Shown: positions 53,436 to 62,381 of the stretch, in pieces | Position numbering within the stretch: the first letter of the stretch is position 1 | Layout: each line of letters starts with the position of its first letter | Assembly: GCA_903904815.1 (NCBI GenBank) | Contig: CAIVDU010000031.1 | Coordinates: 132,266 to 196,265 of the forward strand | Origin: an uncultured Armatimonadetes bacterium | GTDB lineage: Bacteria > Armatimonadota > Fimbriimonadia > Fimbriimonadales > Fimbriimonadaceae | DNA: 64,000 bases | Direction of reading: 5' to 3' | Made by a program: the position numbers and the translations under genes | Notes under the pieces: model-generated | What the model was told of the DNA's origin: nothing | Seen by the model: the letters and a program-made list of their open reading frames with translations, nothing else | The model's database searches: none

Positions 53436-53870
53436 TCAAACTCCGTCTGGGTATTCGATGAAGCCTGCGTCTACGACGATGCTGCCCGTCAGGGCGCGGG
53501 AAGCGGCAAAACCGATCTCTAGGCGAGTTCCTGCTGGATGGCTTTCCGTGACGACGAGGGGAATATGAAAATCGCCCTTCGGCCCGACTGGGAAATAGCG
53601 AATTGGCTTGCTGTTGGCGGTCACCGTCAAATAGATAAGGTCGTCGGACAGGTTGCCACCCCTAAAGTACACGAGTTCAGCTCGTCTACCGGCTGGGACT
53701 TCGTATACCAACGAATCATTGAGGGTGTGGGTTGAGAAGAAGCCTCTTCCCGCGAATGGAAAAACGCCTTGAAGGAAGAGCGGCTTAGCGGCGCCGGTCC
53801 GGATCAGGTGCTGGAGACGAGGCTCGGATACGTTGGAAAGGGCATTAGGGTCAATGACATCAGGAGGCAT
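53436..53870 (-). CDS. Hypothetical protein encoded immediately upstream of moeA
   Basis: The 144-aa ORF ends 30 nt before the moeA start on the same strand. It is predicted beta-rich, and no family was recognised. Confidence 0.5.
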   Translation of the reverse strand: MPPDVIDPNALSNVSEPRLQHLIRTGAAKPLFLQGVFPFAGRGFFSTHTLNDSLVYEVPAGRRAELVYFRGGNLSDDLIYLTVTANSKPIRYFPVGPKGDFHIPLVVTESHPAGTRLEIGFAASRALTGSIVVDAGFIEYPDGV

Positions 53871-54081
53871 AGAAAAGATCTCGTGCGAAGGAATCGGTTG
53901 GGGCCGCTATGCCGGGAAATTGTCTTCGTCGACCCTCAATCGACCCTTCATCGGACTCGTCGAGGATTGGGTGGGGCTGTCGCATCCACCGTCAGGATGG
54001 GCCGAAGTGTAGAGGGACTATGTTTCTGAATTGTTTCGTGTTGCAAACATTGCCAATAACCCCATCTAGTAGGCTTATTGG

Positions 54082-54978
54082 GTGTCTATTCTGATCGTGG
54101 GCAGTGCGAACGTCGACCATGTTTTTCGTTCTCCTCGCCTGCCGAACCCCGGTGAAACGATCCTCGGGCAGTCATTCGCGATCCATCCAGGGGGAAAGGG
54201 CGCCAATCAAGCCGTCGCCGCTGGCAAACTCGGAGGGAGCGTCTCATTTGTGGGTTGCGTAGGCTTGGACGCCGATGGCGCGCTCCTCACCCAGAGTTTG
54301 TCGGAAGCAGGCGTCGACCTTCAGTACTTGCGAAAGCTAGATACGCCGACGGGTGCGGCGGGGATCCTTGTCGGTGACGAAGGAACAAACGTGATCGTGG
54401 TCGCTCCCGGGGCGAATGCCTTCGTTACCGCGGCTCAGGTCGCAGCGGCTCTCGATTCCGTAAAGCCGAAGTACGTCCTCGCACAGCTCGAGATTCCGAT
54501 CGAGGCGATCGAGGAGGTCAGTCACGCCGACCGGTTCATCTTGAATCCGGCGCCCGCTCAGCCTCTTTCCGCCGAAATATTGGCCCGCTGTTTTGCGCTC
54601 ACTCCCAATGAAACCGAGTTGGAGATCCTCACCGGCATTGTTCCCGATGACGACGCGACGTGTCAGGCGGCGGCGTGGAAGCTCTTGGATAAGGGGGTCG
54701 AAAACGTGATTGTGACGCTCGGCGCGCGCGGCAGCTACTGGGTTAGCCAATCCGGTAACCGACTGTGCCCGCCTCCCCACGTCAATGCTCTGGACACGAC
54801 CGCTGCCGGCGATGTGTTCAACGGCGCCTTGGTCACGTTCCTTGCCGAAGGTCGAGACATCGCCAATGCAATCGACCTGGCGAACCACGCCGCCGCCTTG
54901 AGCACCACGCGTCCGGGTGCTCAAGAGTCGGCGCCTTCGAGATCGGAGCTGCAGGCCTTTGCGCCTTGGTTGGTGTAG
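54082..54978 (+). CDS. rbsK: Ribokinase
   Basis: The product starts ILIVGSANVDHV and carries GGKGANQAVAAGKLG, PNETELEILTG and DTTAAGDVFNGALV, which are PfkB-family signatures. The start codon is GTG. Confidence 0.85.
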   Translation: MSILIVGSANVDHVFRSPRLPNPGETILGQSFAIHPGGKGANQAVAAGKLGGSVSFVGCVGLDADGALLTQSLSEAGVDLQYLRKLDTPTGAAGILVGDEGTNVIVVAPGANAFVTAAQVAAALDSVKPKYVLAQLEIPIEAIEEVSHADRFILNPAPAQPLSAEILARCFALTPNETELEILTGIVPDDDATCQAAAWKLLDKGVENVIVTLGARGSYWVSQSGNRLCPPPHVNALDTTAAGDVFNGALVTFLAEGRDIANAIDLANHAAALSTTRPGAQESAPSRSELQAFAPWLV

Positions 54979-55093
54979 GAAAATAGACTCGGGCTTCCGG
55001 CTCCTGCTCCTGCCAGAATTTTTAAGTGTTCGAGGGTCTTAAACCTAAGCGAACCACAGGCAGTCTTCTGCGGCTCGCCAGGTTGAGAGGCAC

Positions 55094-56071
55094 TCAGCCG
55101 AACGCTTCGACCAAGCGGTCTTCCAATTCGTCGGCTTTCGCGTCGATCTTCTGACGCGTCGCGTCTTCCTCGTACCAGGCGACGATCTCCTCGGCGCCTC
55201 GGCTGAAGGGGATGTTGGCGCTAAAACCGGGGACGGCTGCCTTGACCTTAGAGTTATCGAAGATCATCGAGTTGGCTTTGTCACCGAGCAGTCCGGGGCC
55301 CCAGCCTGGATCCCACTTCGCCAGGGTGTCGGACGACACGTGGACGAGCTTTGGCGCTTCGACGCCGGCCGCTCGCCCAACGATCTGGTAGATCTGGTTC
55401 CAGTTCAAGAGCTCATCCGATGTAATGTGGAACACGTCGCCGACTGCGTGCGAATTGCCGAGGAGGGGGACGAACGCCTTCGCGAAGTCTTTGTGGTGGG
55501 TGAGCACCCAGAGCGACGTTCCGTCTCCGTGAACGATGACCGGCTTGCCCTTTCGCATGCGGTCGACGACGGTCCAGCCGTGATCGAAAGGCAGCAGGGT
55601 GCGATCGTAGGTGTGCGAGGGCCGGATGATCGTGTATGGGAACTTACTCTCTCGATACGCCTTGACAAGGAGCTCTTCGCAGGCGATTTTGTTTCGCGAA
55701 TACTCCCAATACGGGTTGTCCAACAGTGTCGACTCAGTTACCGGCAGCGCAGAAGGCGGAGTCTGGTACGCGCTGGCCGAGGAGATAAACACAAACTGTC
55801 CGGTCCTGCCAGAAAACACGTCGATGTCCTGTTGAATGTGCTGCGGCGTGAAGGCGATCCAGTCGACAACCGCATCGAACTTCATGTCCCCGATGGCGGC
55901 TTCCACCGACGCTCGATCGCGGATGTCGCCATTCAAAACCTTTGCGCCCGCTGGCACTCCTCGGTGAGACTTGCCTCGGTTGAGCAAGAACAGTTCGATT
56001 CCGGACTCCACTGCGAGCGGCGAACAGGCAGAACTGATGATGCCTGTGCCTCCGATGAACAGAACGCGCAT
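55094..56071 (-). CDS. NAD-dependent epimerase/dehydratase (extended SDR)
   Basis: The N-terminal Rossmann motif is VLFIGGTGIISS. A YxxxK-type region is present, and the product is 325 aa. Confidence 0.8.
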   Translation of the reverse strand: MRVLFIGGTGIISSACSPLAVESGIELFLLNRGKSHRGVPAGAKVLNGDIRDRASVEAAIGDMKFDAVVDWIAFTPQHIQQDIDVFSGRTGQFVFISSASAYQTPPSALPVTESTLLDNPYWEYSRNKIACEELLVKAYRESKFPYTIIRPSHTYDRTLLPFDHGWTVVDRMRKGKPVIVHGDGTSLWVLTHHKDFAKAFVPLLGNSHAVGDVFHITSDELLNWNQIYQIVGRAAGVEAPKLVHVSSDTLAKWDPGWGPGLLGDKANSMIFDNSKVKAAVPGFSANIPFSRGAEEIVAWYEEDATRQKIDAKADELEDRLVEAFG

Positions 56072-56270
56072 GGCCGTTTTTACCTGACTAACACCTTGCT
56101 AGATGAGTGCCTAGAATTCGACTTAAAATAGTGTTCGTTGGAAGCGGCGATTGGCAGGAAATTGTGAACAATCGATTGATTCAGAGACCGTCCTCCGTTT
56201 CTCGGTTAAGTTGCTCCCGAAGCGATGGTAACGCGTTCTAGTAGGGCTTCAGATCAGTTATTATCGGCGC

Positions 56271-58334
56271 ATGCTCGTCGGTCCCAGCGCCTCGGATGCA
56301 GTGAGTGCATCCGAGGCAGTGCTTCAGCGAACCATCGGGTCAAAGGCTTCGGCGTTTGTCCTCCAAATCGATCCCAAACTCTCCGGCGAGACTGACCACT
56401 TCGTGGTTGAAGCCCATGGTGGCAAAGCCTATGTCTCGGGCAACTCAGCGATAGCGCTTTGCCGAGGGGCGTATGACTATCTGAAGGGAGCATGCCATTG
56501 CATGGTTTCTTGGTCGGGTGACAATGTCCGCCTCCTTGATCGCCTTCCCGACTACGCCCGCCGCGAGGTCGTCAGCCCCGCCAAGTATCGGCACTATTTC
56601 AATGTCTGCACTTTTGGCTACTCCACCGTGTGGTGGGACTGGTCTCGGTGGCAAAAAGAGATTGACTGGATGGCGCTCCATGGCATCAATATGCCTCTGG
56701 CCTTAAACGGGGAGGAGAAGATCTGGCAAAAGGTTTTTAGAGGTTATGGGATCCCGGATAGTTCGATCCAGAGCTTTTTCTCTGGCCCCGCGTTCCTTCC
56801 TTGGCAACGGATGGGAAATTTGAACGGGCATATGTCGCCGCTCCCCCAAAGCTGGATTGACGGCCAAGCTGCCCTCCAGAAGAAGATTCTGCAATCGGAG
56901 CGAGCCCTCGGCATGACCCCCATCGTGCCCGCTTTCTCGGGCTTCGTTCCGGGCGATTTTGGCCAGTACCATCCAGAGGTCAAGCTTGAGAGCACGAACG
57001 GATGGGTGGGCTTTGCGCCGACCCATTTTGTGTATGTTCGAAGCAAAATGTTTGTCGACATCGGATCGAAATTCCTCACCGAATATCGAAAAGAGTTTGG
57101 CTCTGACCATCTTTACTTGGCCGACACATTTAATGAACAGCTTCCGCTATTTCCTCCCAGCACTAAGCTCGAAGACCTCAAGAAGTGCGGCGAAGCGGTC
57201 TACAAGTCCATCCATGCCGCAGATCCGAAAGGCGTTTGGGTCATGCAAGGGTGGCTGTTCTACAATGCTCGGAACTACTGGAAGGAGCCCGAAGTCGAGT
57301 CTCTGCTGGGTTCAGTGCCAGACGGAAAGATGATCGTGCTGGATCTGGCCGACAACATGTACGAAGCATGGCGAGAACACCCGGCCGTCCGAAGAACCGG
57401 GTGGATCTACAACACGCTGCCGGGATTTGGAGGAGACACCGCGATACAAGGCACCCTCGATATCGATGCCCAGCGAGTCGCGAAAGCTCAAAACGACCCC
57501 TCTAAGGGCCGCCTGCTTGGCGAAGGGCTTACGATGGAGGGAATCGACCAGAACCCGGTCGAATATGAACTGATGACCGACGCGATGTGGCAGCCCGATG
57601 CGATCGACGCGAGTCACTGGATCGATGACTACGCTAAGGCCCGCTACGGTCGATGGGACGATTCGATTCGGGATGCTTGGCATATCTTTTTGGTTGAACT
57701 CTATACAGATCCGAAGTCGAGTTACGAAGCGACCTGGCGTTTCCGACCTAAGAACCAGGACCCGGTCATGCCGGGATTCAATCCAGAGCATTTGGTGCAG
57801 GCGATTCAACTACTGCTCAAAGATGGAGATCACCTCAAGACCAATTCCCTCTACAGCCGGGACCTCGTTGATTTCACGAAGACATGGCTGGGAGCCCTTG
57901 CCGACCGCGAATTGACAGCCGAGCGGAAATCGGGGACCGACAATCATGCCGTGTTTCAGGGGATGCTCCACGATATCGATCGCCTAGTTGCTTGCCGACC
58001 GGAATATCGCCTCTCGTCCTGGATCAGTGATGCGAGGGAGTGGGGCGTCACCTCCTCAGAAAAGGACGCAATGGAAGCCAACGCTCGCATGCAGATCACC
58101 GTTTGGGGTGGTAAGGACCTGTTCGATTACGCCAACAAGGAGTGGGCGGGGCTCATCGATGACTTCATTGCGAATCGATGGCGTCAGGCGTTCGCCGGCA
58201 AAATGGCAGAACTTCCCGATTGGGAACTTGCTTGGGATCACTCCACGGCTCCTCCTCAAGAGTCGCCAAGCGGCGACGCGGTTTCGATTACACGCGAATT
58301 GATCGCTAAATACACTTCACTGCCGGCTCACTAG
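56271..58334 (+). CDS. Alpha-N-acetylglucosaminidase (GH89, NAGLU family)
   Basis: YRHYFNVCTFGYSTVWWDWSRWQKEIDWMALHGINMPLALNGEEKIWQKVF, PAFLPWQRMGN and PAFSGFVP resemble the TIM-barrel core of NAGLU. No obvious signal peptide is present. Confidence 0.85.
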   Translation: MLVGPSASDAVSASEAVLQRTIGSKASAFVLQIDPKLSGETDHFVVEAHGGKAYVSGNSAIALCRGAYDYLKGACHCMVSWSGDNVRLLDRLPDYARREVVSPAKYRHYFNVCTFGYSTVWWDWSRWQKEIDWMALHGINMPLALNGEEKIWQKVFRGYGIPDSSIQSFFSGPAFLPWQRMGNLNGHMSPLPQSWIDGQAALQKKILQSERALGMTPIVPAFSGFVPGDFGQYHPEVKLESTNGWVGFAPTHFVYVRSKMFVDIGSKFLTEYRKEFGSDHLYLADTFNEQLPLFPPSTKLEDLKKCGEAVYKSIHAADPKGVWVMQGWLFYNARNYWKEPEVESLLGSVPDGKMIVLDLADNMYEAWREHPAVRRTGWIYNTLPGFGGDTAIQGTLDIDAQRVAKAQNDPSKGRLLGEGLTMEGIDQNPVEYELMTDAMWQPDAIDASHWIDDYAKARYGRWDDSIRDAWHIFLVELYTDPKSSYEATWRFRPKNQDPVMPGFNPEHLVQAIQLLLKDGDHLKTNSLYSRDLVDFTKTWLGALADRELTAERKSGTDNHAVFQGMLHDIDRLVACRPEYRLSSWISDAREWGVTSSEKDAMEANARMQITVWGGKDLFDYANKEWAGLIDDFIANRWRQAFAGKMAELPDWELAWDHSTAPPQESPSGDAVSITRELIAKYTSLPAH

Positions 58335-58369
58335 CCGAACGACCCCTGAAAGAGATAGGCTAACCATCC

Positions 58370-60622
58370 GTGATTTCATTAAGTTTTTTCCTTCTCGCTA
58401 AAGCCGCCCAAGCGGGCCTGCCTACCGTCATTCCCAAACCAGTGTCGATGGTTGCCGCGCCGGGAGGATCATTCGAAATTACCAAGGACACCAAGATCGT
58501 CGGAGCTGACGGCCTGCCCGCAGTCAAAATCTTCCAGTCCTTGCTTCAAGAGTCGGCCGGATTCAAACTCCGTGAAACTCGGGACGGGGATCAGGCCAAC
58601 GCCATTACGTTCGTGAGAATCACTGGGGGGGCGATTCGGCAGGAAGGCTACACCCTGCACGCGGACGCCTCGGGGATCAAAATTGGCTACGACAGTCCGG
58701 CTGGGGCCTTGTACGCGGTCGAGACGCTTCGTCAACTGCTGCCTCCGGACATTGAGAACGGCAAGGTCACGAAGGACATCCACTGGACGGTGCCCGGAGT
58801 CGAAATCACCGACTCTCCCCGGTTCGGTTGGCGCGGCCTGATGTTGGACGTCTCTCGACACTTCTTCCCGGTCTCCTTCATCAAGCGATATCTGGATTTC
58901 TTGACCATGGAGAAGATGAACGTCTTCCATTGGCACCTCGTGGACGATGGCGGTTGGCGCATTCAGATTGACAAGTACCCTCGGCTGACCAGCGTCGGGT
59001 CGACTCGCTACGGAATCACGAACGACTGGGATCAAGGAAAGCTTCGATTTGACCCGGAGAGCAAACTGCCCGCTTACGGGGGCTTTTATACAAAGCGCGA
59101 GATCCGAGACATTATCAAATACGCTGCCGACCGAAACATTACGATCGTGCCGGAGATCGAGATGCCTGGCCACTCGATGCCGGTCTTCGCTGCGTATCCG
59201 AATCTCGCTTGCCAGAACCTGACCCCCTCGACGATTCCTGGTCGACCCGCGACCAACGTCTACTGTGCGGGTAACCCGGAAACCTACACGTTCATTCAAA
59301 ACGTGTTGACCGAAGTCATCGACCTTTTCCCATCCAAATGGATCCACATCGGGGGTGACGAAGTCGACAAGGAGTTCTGGCATGGCTGCACCCGATGTCA
59401 GACTCTGATGAAAGAGAAGGGCCTCAAGAATGAGGAGGAGCTTCAGAGCTACTTCATTCGTTCCATCGAACACTTCGTGGCCTCGAAGGGTCGCCGACTC
59501 ATCGGGTGGGACGAAATCTTGGAGGGTGGCCTTGCCCCCGGGGCGACGGTGATGTCTTGGCGCGGTGAGGATGGCGGTATCGCCGCCGCTCAGGCTGGTC
59601 ACGACGTGGTGATGTCTCCGACGACCTACGTGTACTTCGACTTTCCGTACGCTGGCCAGTCGACTGAGCATGTTTACAGCTACGAGCCCATTCCCTCGGC
59701 GCTCAACGCCGAGCAGGCGAAGCACGTCCTCGGTGGACAGGCTAACGAGTGGACCGAGTGGATTCCCACGACGCAGCGGGCCGAGTACATGATCTTCCCG
59801 CGCGTCGCCGCCCTTTCAGAGGACCTGTGGACGCCCAAAGAGAACAAGGACTTCGCCGATTTCACGCGCCGACTCCCCGATCTCTACAACCGACTCGACC
59901 GCCAGAAGATCACCTATCACATCGAGGCGCCTCACGTGAACGACTCTGCGATCATCTTCTCGGACCATACGGTCGTATCGGTCGGCGCCGCCCCGAACAT
60001 GCCGGGGATGCTCAGATACACGGTGGATGGCTCGATCCCATCCGGATCTTCACCTGTCTACACCAGTCCCATCGATGTCACGACCGACACCGATGTGCAC
60101 TTTGCTTACGTGACCGCCTCAGGGCAGCCGGGTGATGTGTCCACGGTGTCCTGTCGGAAGGCGGCGCCCATCGACGTCAAGACGATCACTCCGGGCTGGA
60201 GGGTGGGTTACTACGAGGGCACGTTTGAACTCGTGCCGAAGTTCTCCGATCTGAAGGCGACCGGAGTCAGCGTTGTCGATCACATCGGACTGGAATCTCG
60301 AGTCCGCGATGAGAACTACGCCCTCCATTTTGAAGGGGTATTTCATGCCGAGACAGACGGCGTTTACAACTTCACGATCTCAAGTGACGACGGTTCATGG
60401 CTGAAATTAGGTGGCGCGACCGTGATAGATCACGATGGACCTCATTCTGACGTCGCTAAGTCTGGACGGGTCCGGCTCAGCAGGGGCTGGCACTCGATTG
60501 AGGTGGGCTATTACCAAGGCGGCGGGGCAGCCGCGCTAAGGCTGTCGGTGAAGACGCCTGGAAGCAAGGAGTCGATTCCGGTCGACCGACTTGTCATCCA
60601 GCCTGCTGTGCAGAGCCATTAG
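58370..60622 (+). CDS. Beta-N-acetylhexosaminidase (GH20) with C-terminal PA14 domain
   Basis: The GH20 core carries RGLMLDVSRHFF, NVFHWHLVDDGGWR, PEIEMPGH and IHIGGDEV. The C-terminal region YYEGTFELVP...YALHFEGVFHAETDGVYNFTISSDDGSWLKLGG...GWHSIEVGYYQGGG is PA14-like. The GTG start is fixed by an in-frame TAA at 58361-58363. Confidence 0.9.
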   Translation: MISLSFFLLAKAAQAGLPTVIPKPVSMVAAPGGSFEITKDTKIVGADGLPAVKIFQSLLQESAGFKLRETRDGDQANAITFVRITGGAIRQEGYTLHADASGIKIGYDSPAGALYAVETLRQLLPPDIENGKVTKDIHWTVPGVEITDSPRFGWRGLMLDVSRHFFPVSFIKRYLDFLTMEKMNVFHWHLVDDGGWRIQIDKYPRLTSVGSTRYGITNDWDQGKLRFDPESKLPAYGGFYTKREIRDIIKYAADRNITIVPEIEMPGHSMPVFAAYPNLACQNLTPSTIPGRPATNVYCAGNPETYTFIQNVLTEVIDLFPSKWIHIGGDEVDKEFWHGCTRCQTLMKEKGLKNEEELQSYFIRSIEHFVASKGRRLIGWDEILEGGLAPGATVMSWRGEDGGIAAAQAGHDVVMSPTTYVYFDFPYAGQSTEHVYSYEPIPSALNAEQAKHVLGGQANEWTEWIPTTQRAEYMIFPRVAALSEDLWTPKENKDFADFTRRLPDLYNRLDRQKITYHIEAPHVNDSAIIFSDHTVVSVGAAPNMPGMLRYTVDGSIPSGSSPVYTSPIDVTTDTDVHFAYVTASGQPGDVSTVSCRKAAPIDVKTITPGWRVGYYEGTFELVPKFSDLKATGVSVVDHIGLESRVRDENYALHFEGVFHAETDGVYNFTISSDDGSWLKLGGATVIDHDGPHSDVAKSGRVRLSRGWHSIEVGYYQGGGAAALRLSVKTPGSKESIPVDRLVIQPAVQSH

Positions 60623-60635
60623 TTAGAGGGAGTTG

Positions 60636-60669
60636 GCAGTTTGCAGTCCGGAAAGGGATTGCAAACTGC
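60636..60669 (+). terminator. Hairpin between convergent GH20 and phoU genes (candidate terminator)
   Basis: A perfect 10-bp stem (gcagtttgca / tgcaaactgc) closes a 14-nt loop. The T-tract is weak (tcgttgt). Confidence 0.4.
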
Positions 60670-60737
60670 TCGTTGTATACGGGTTTGGCTGAGCATCCTG
60701 TCCCCTGGCGATCTTGACCGCCAACCCCTCCGCGAGC

Positions 60738-61424
60738 TTAGTCGTGCCCAGGGAAGCGCTGGTGGAAGCGTTGGAGTCGCTTGGCGATGTCCACGGCACG
60801 ATCGGAGACGTGCTCGAGAGCTCTAAAGAGGTCATTTGATCGCACCAACTGGCGGAGGTTGTCCGGGTTGGTTTTCATCATCTCCATGACCGCGTCTCGT
60901 GAGTCCTTATAGGCGAGGTCGACCATGTCGTCGGCAGCGACCAAGGCTCGGGCCTGCTGATCGTCGTACTCACAGCAAAGCCGGATGGCGGTGGCGAGGT
61001 TCTCTCGCGCCTGCTTGTCGATTTCGCTGAGAGCTCGGCGAAGGGCGGTGGGGAACTCTCCCCCTAATTTGCTTACTCGACGAGCAAGTTTTGTCGCGTC
61101 GTCACCGACTTTCTCGATCTCACCGACGATCCCAAGCATCGAGGTCAGGAAAAGGAGATCGTGAGCGACAGGAGACTCGCGCAGGATGGTCGTGACAATG
61201 TGTTCGGTCGCGGCGAGTTCCTGCTGGTCCAGGTCGTCGTCCATGCTGACCACTTGATTCGCCAGCACGACGTCTCGTTCGATGGCCGACCGGACGGCAA
61301 GACGCACCATTTCCCCGGCGTGATTACCCATGGTGACCACGTCTCGTTCAATCTGGCTAAGTTCTTGCTCGTAACGGATAGGCATAGTTGGTATTCCTAC
61401 ACTCATCGGCAAGACTGCGTTCAT
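60738..61424 (-). CDS. phoU: PhoU-family phosphate signalling protein
   Basis: Two PhoU repeats are present (ELSQIERDVVTMGNHAGEMV...D..LDQQE, and EIEKVGDDATKLA...ALEHVSDRAVDIAKR). The start is ambiguous among ATGs at 61424, 61406 and 61385. Confidence 0.85.
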   Translation of the reverse strand: MNAVLPMSVGIPTMPIRYEQELSQIERDVVTMGNHAGEMVRLAVRSAIERDVVLANQVVSMDDDLDQQELAATEHIVTTILRESPVAHDLLFLTSMLGIVGEIEKVGDDATKLARRVSKLGGEFPTALRRALSEIDKQARENLATAIRLCCEYDDQQARALVAADDMVDLAYKDSRDAVMEMMKTNPDNLRQLVRSNDLFRALEHVSDRAVDIAKRLQRFHQRFPGHD

Positions 61425-61557
61425 TTGTCAGGGTACGCAACTTCAAACCGCAATTCCAACCTAAGGTTCGAGGCCAGTTGGTGCGGCGTTCCTCTTGCCG
61501 AGGAGCGGGCTGTAAGGCCATATTACCGCCTTAAGCCCACCTGATTGTTAAGAGGTC

Positions 61558-62376
61558 CTAGCCCTTGACCGCGCCAGCGAGCATCGTGTCGTGGATTCGG
61601 TTGCGGAAGACCCAGTAAACGGCGAGGACGGGAACCATCACGATCACGAGACCGGCAAACAGCGCACCCCAGTCTGACTCGTACTGTTGGGTCATGGTGA
61701 GGTTAGCAAGTCCCAGGGGTAGCGTCTGGTTCTCTTTACTCGGAATCAAGACAAGGGCCAAGCTGTACTCGTTCCAAAGCCCAATTGCATTAAAAACAGC
61801 GACCACCAGCAGCCCCGGGCGGGCCAAGGGGAGCATCACTTTCCAGAAGGTTCCGGCATGGGTACAGCCGTCCATCATGGCTGCTTCGGCCAGTTCGCCA
61901 GGAAGCGTTTCGAAGAACCCATACATCACGAAAATCGTGAATGAAAGGGAGTAGGCGACGTAAACGATGATCAGTCCAGGCTTGGTGTCGAGCAGGTTGA
62001 TCGACTTCAGCAGGAAAAACAACGGCACGATGACCAGGAAGTTCGGGAACATCATTCCGCCAAGAAATGTGCCGAAGAGCAACTTCGACCCCTTGAACGG
62101 ATAGCGGGCGAGGACATACGATGCCATCGCTCCGGCTGGAAGCAAGATGGCAAGCGTGGCGACCGTCACAAACAGGCTATTGAGGAATGAACGGCTGAAA
62201 CCGGCTTCGTTCCAGGCATTCGCGTAGTTGACCCAGTGGGGAGACGTCGGTAGCGTCCAGGGGGAGCTCACGATGGCGTCACCGGTCTTAAGCGACGAAA
62301 CCAACACCCAGAGTAACGGAAGGATGATGCAGAGGCTGAATAGGAGGAGCAACGATCCGATGAAGAACTTTCGCAT
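61558..62376 (-). CDS. Carbohydrate ABC transporter permease (MalG/AraQ-like)
   Basis: Six TM segments are predicted. The EAA loop is ELAEAAMMDGCTHAGTFWKVMLPLARPGL. The start at 62376 lies 6 nt after the GH35 stop. The ORF-track 5' extension to 62580 overlaps GH35 and is rejected. Confidence 0.85.
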   Translation of the reverse strand: MRKFFIGSLLLLFSLCIILPLLWVLVSSLKTGDAIVSSPWTLPTSPHWVNYANAWNEAGFSRSFLNSLFVTVATLAILLPAGAMASYVLARYPFKGSKLLFGTFLGGMMFPNFLVIVPLFFLLKSINLLDTKPGLIIVYVAYSLSFTIFVMYGFFETLPGELAEAAMMDGCTHAGTFWKVMLPLARPGLLVVAVFNAIGLWNEYSLALVLIPSKENQTLPLGLANLTMTQQYESDWGALFAGLVIVMVPVLAVYWVFRNRIHDTMLAGAVKG

Positions 62377-62381
62377 TGGGA

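Noticed and set aside
53871-54081. A Moco riboswitch upstream of the hypothetical-moeA pair.
   Set aside because: I saw no recognisable conserved Moco-motif core or characteristic multi-stem structure when reading the reverse complement, only short generic hairpins. I cannot exclude it without an Rfam-type scan.
55340-56131. Long antisense ORFs opposite well-supported genes: 55340-56131 (263 aa) opposite the SDR gene, 58469-59725 (418 aa) opposite GH20, 62376-63650 (424 aa) opposite GH35, 15587-16399 (270 aa) opposite the nitroreductase gene, and 39575-40213 opposite pilM.
   Set aside because: Their translations are Arg/Gly/Pro-rich with no recognisable motifs. The opposite strand encodes proteins with clear family signatures. 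Shadow ORFs like these are expected in GC-rich DNA.
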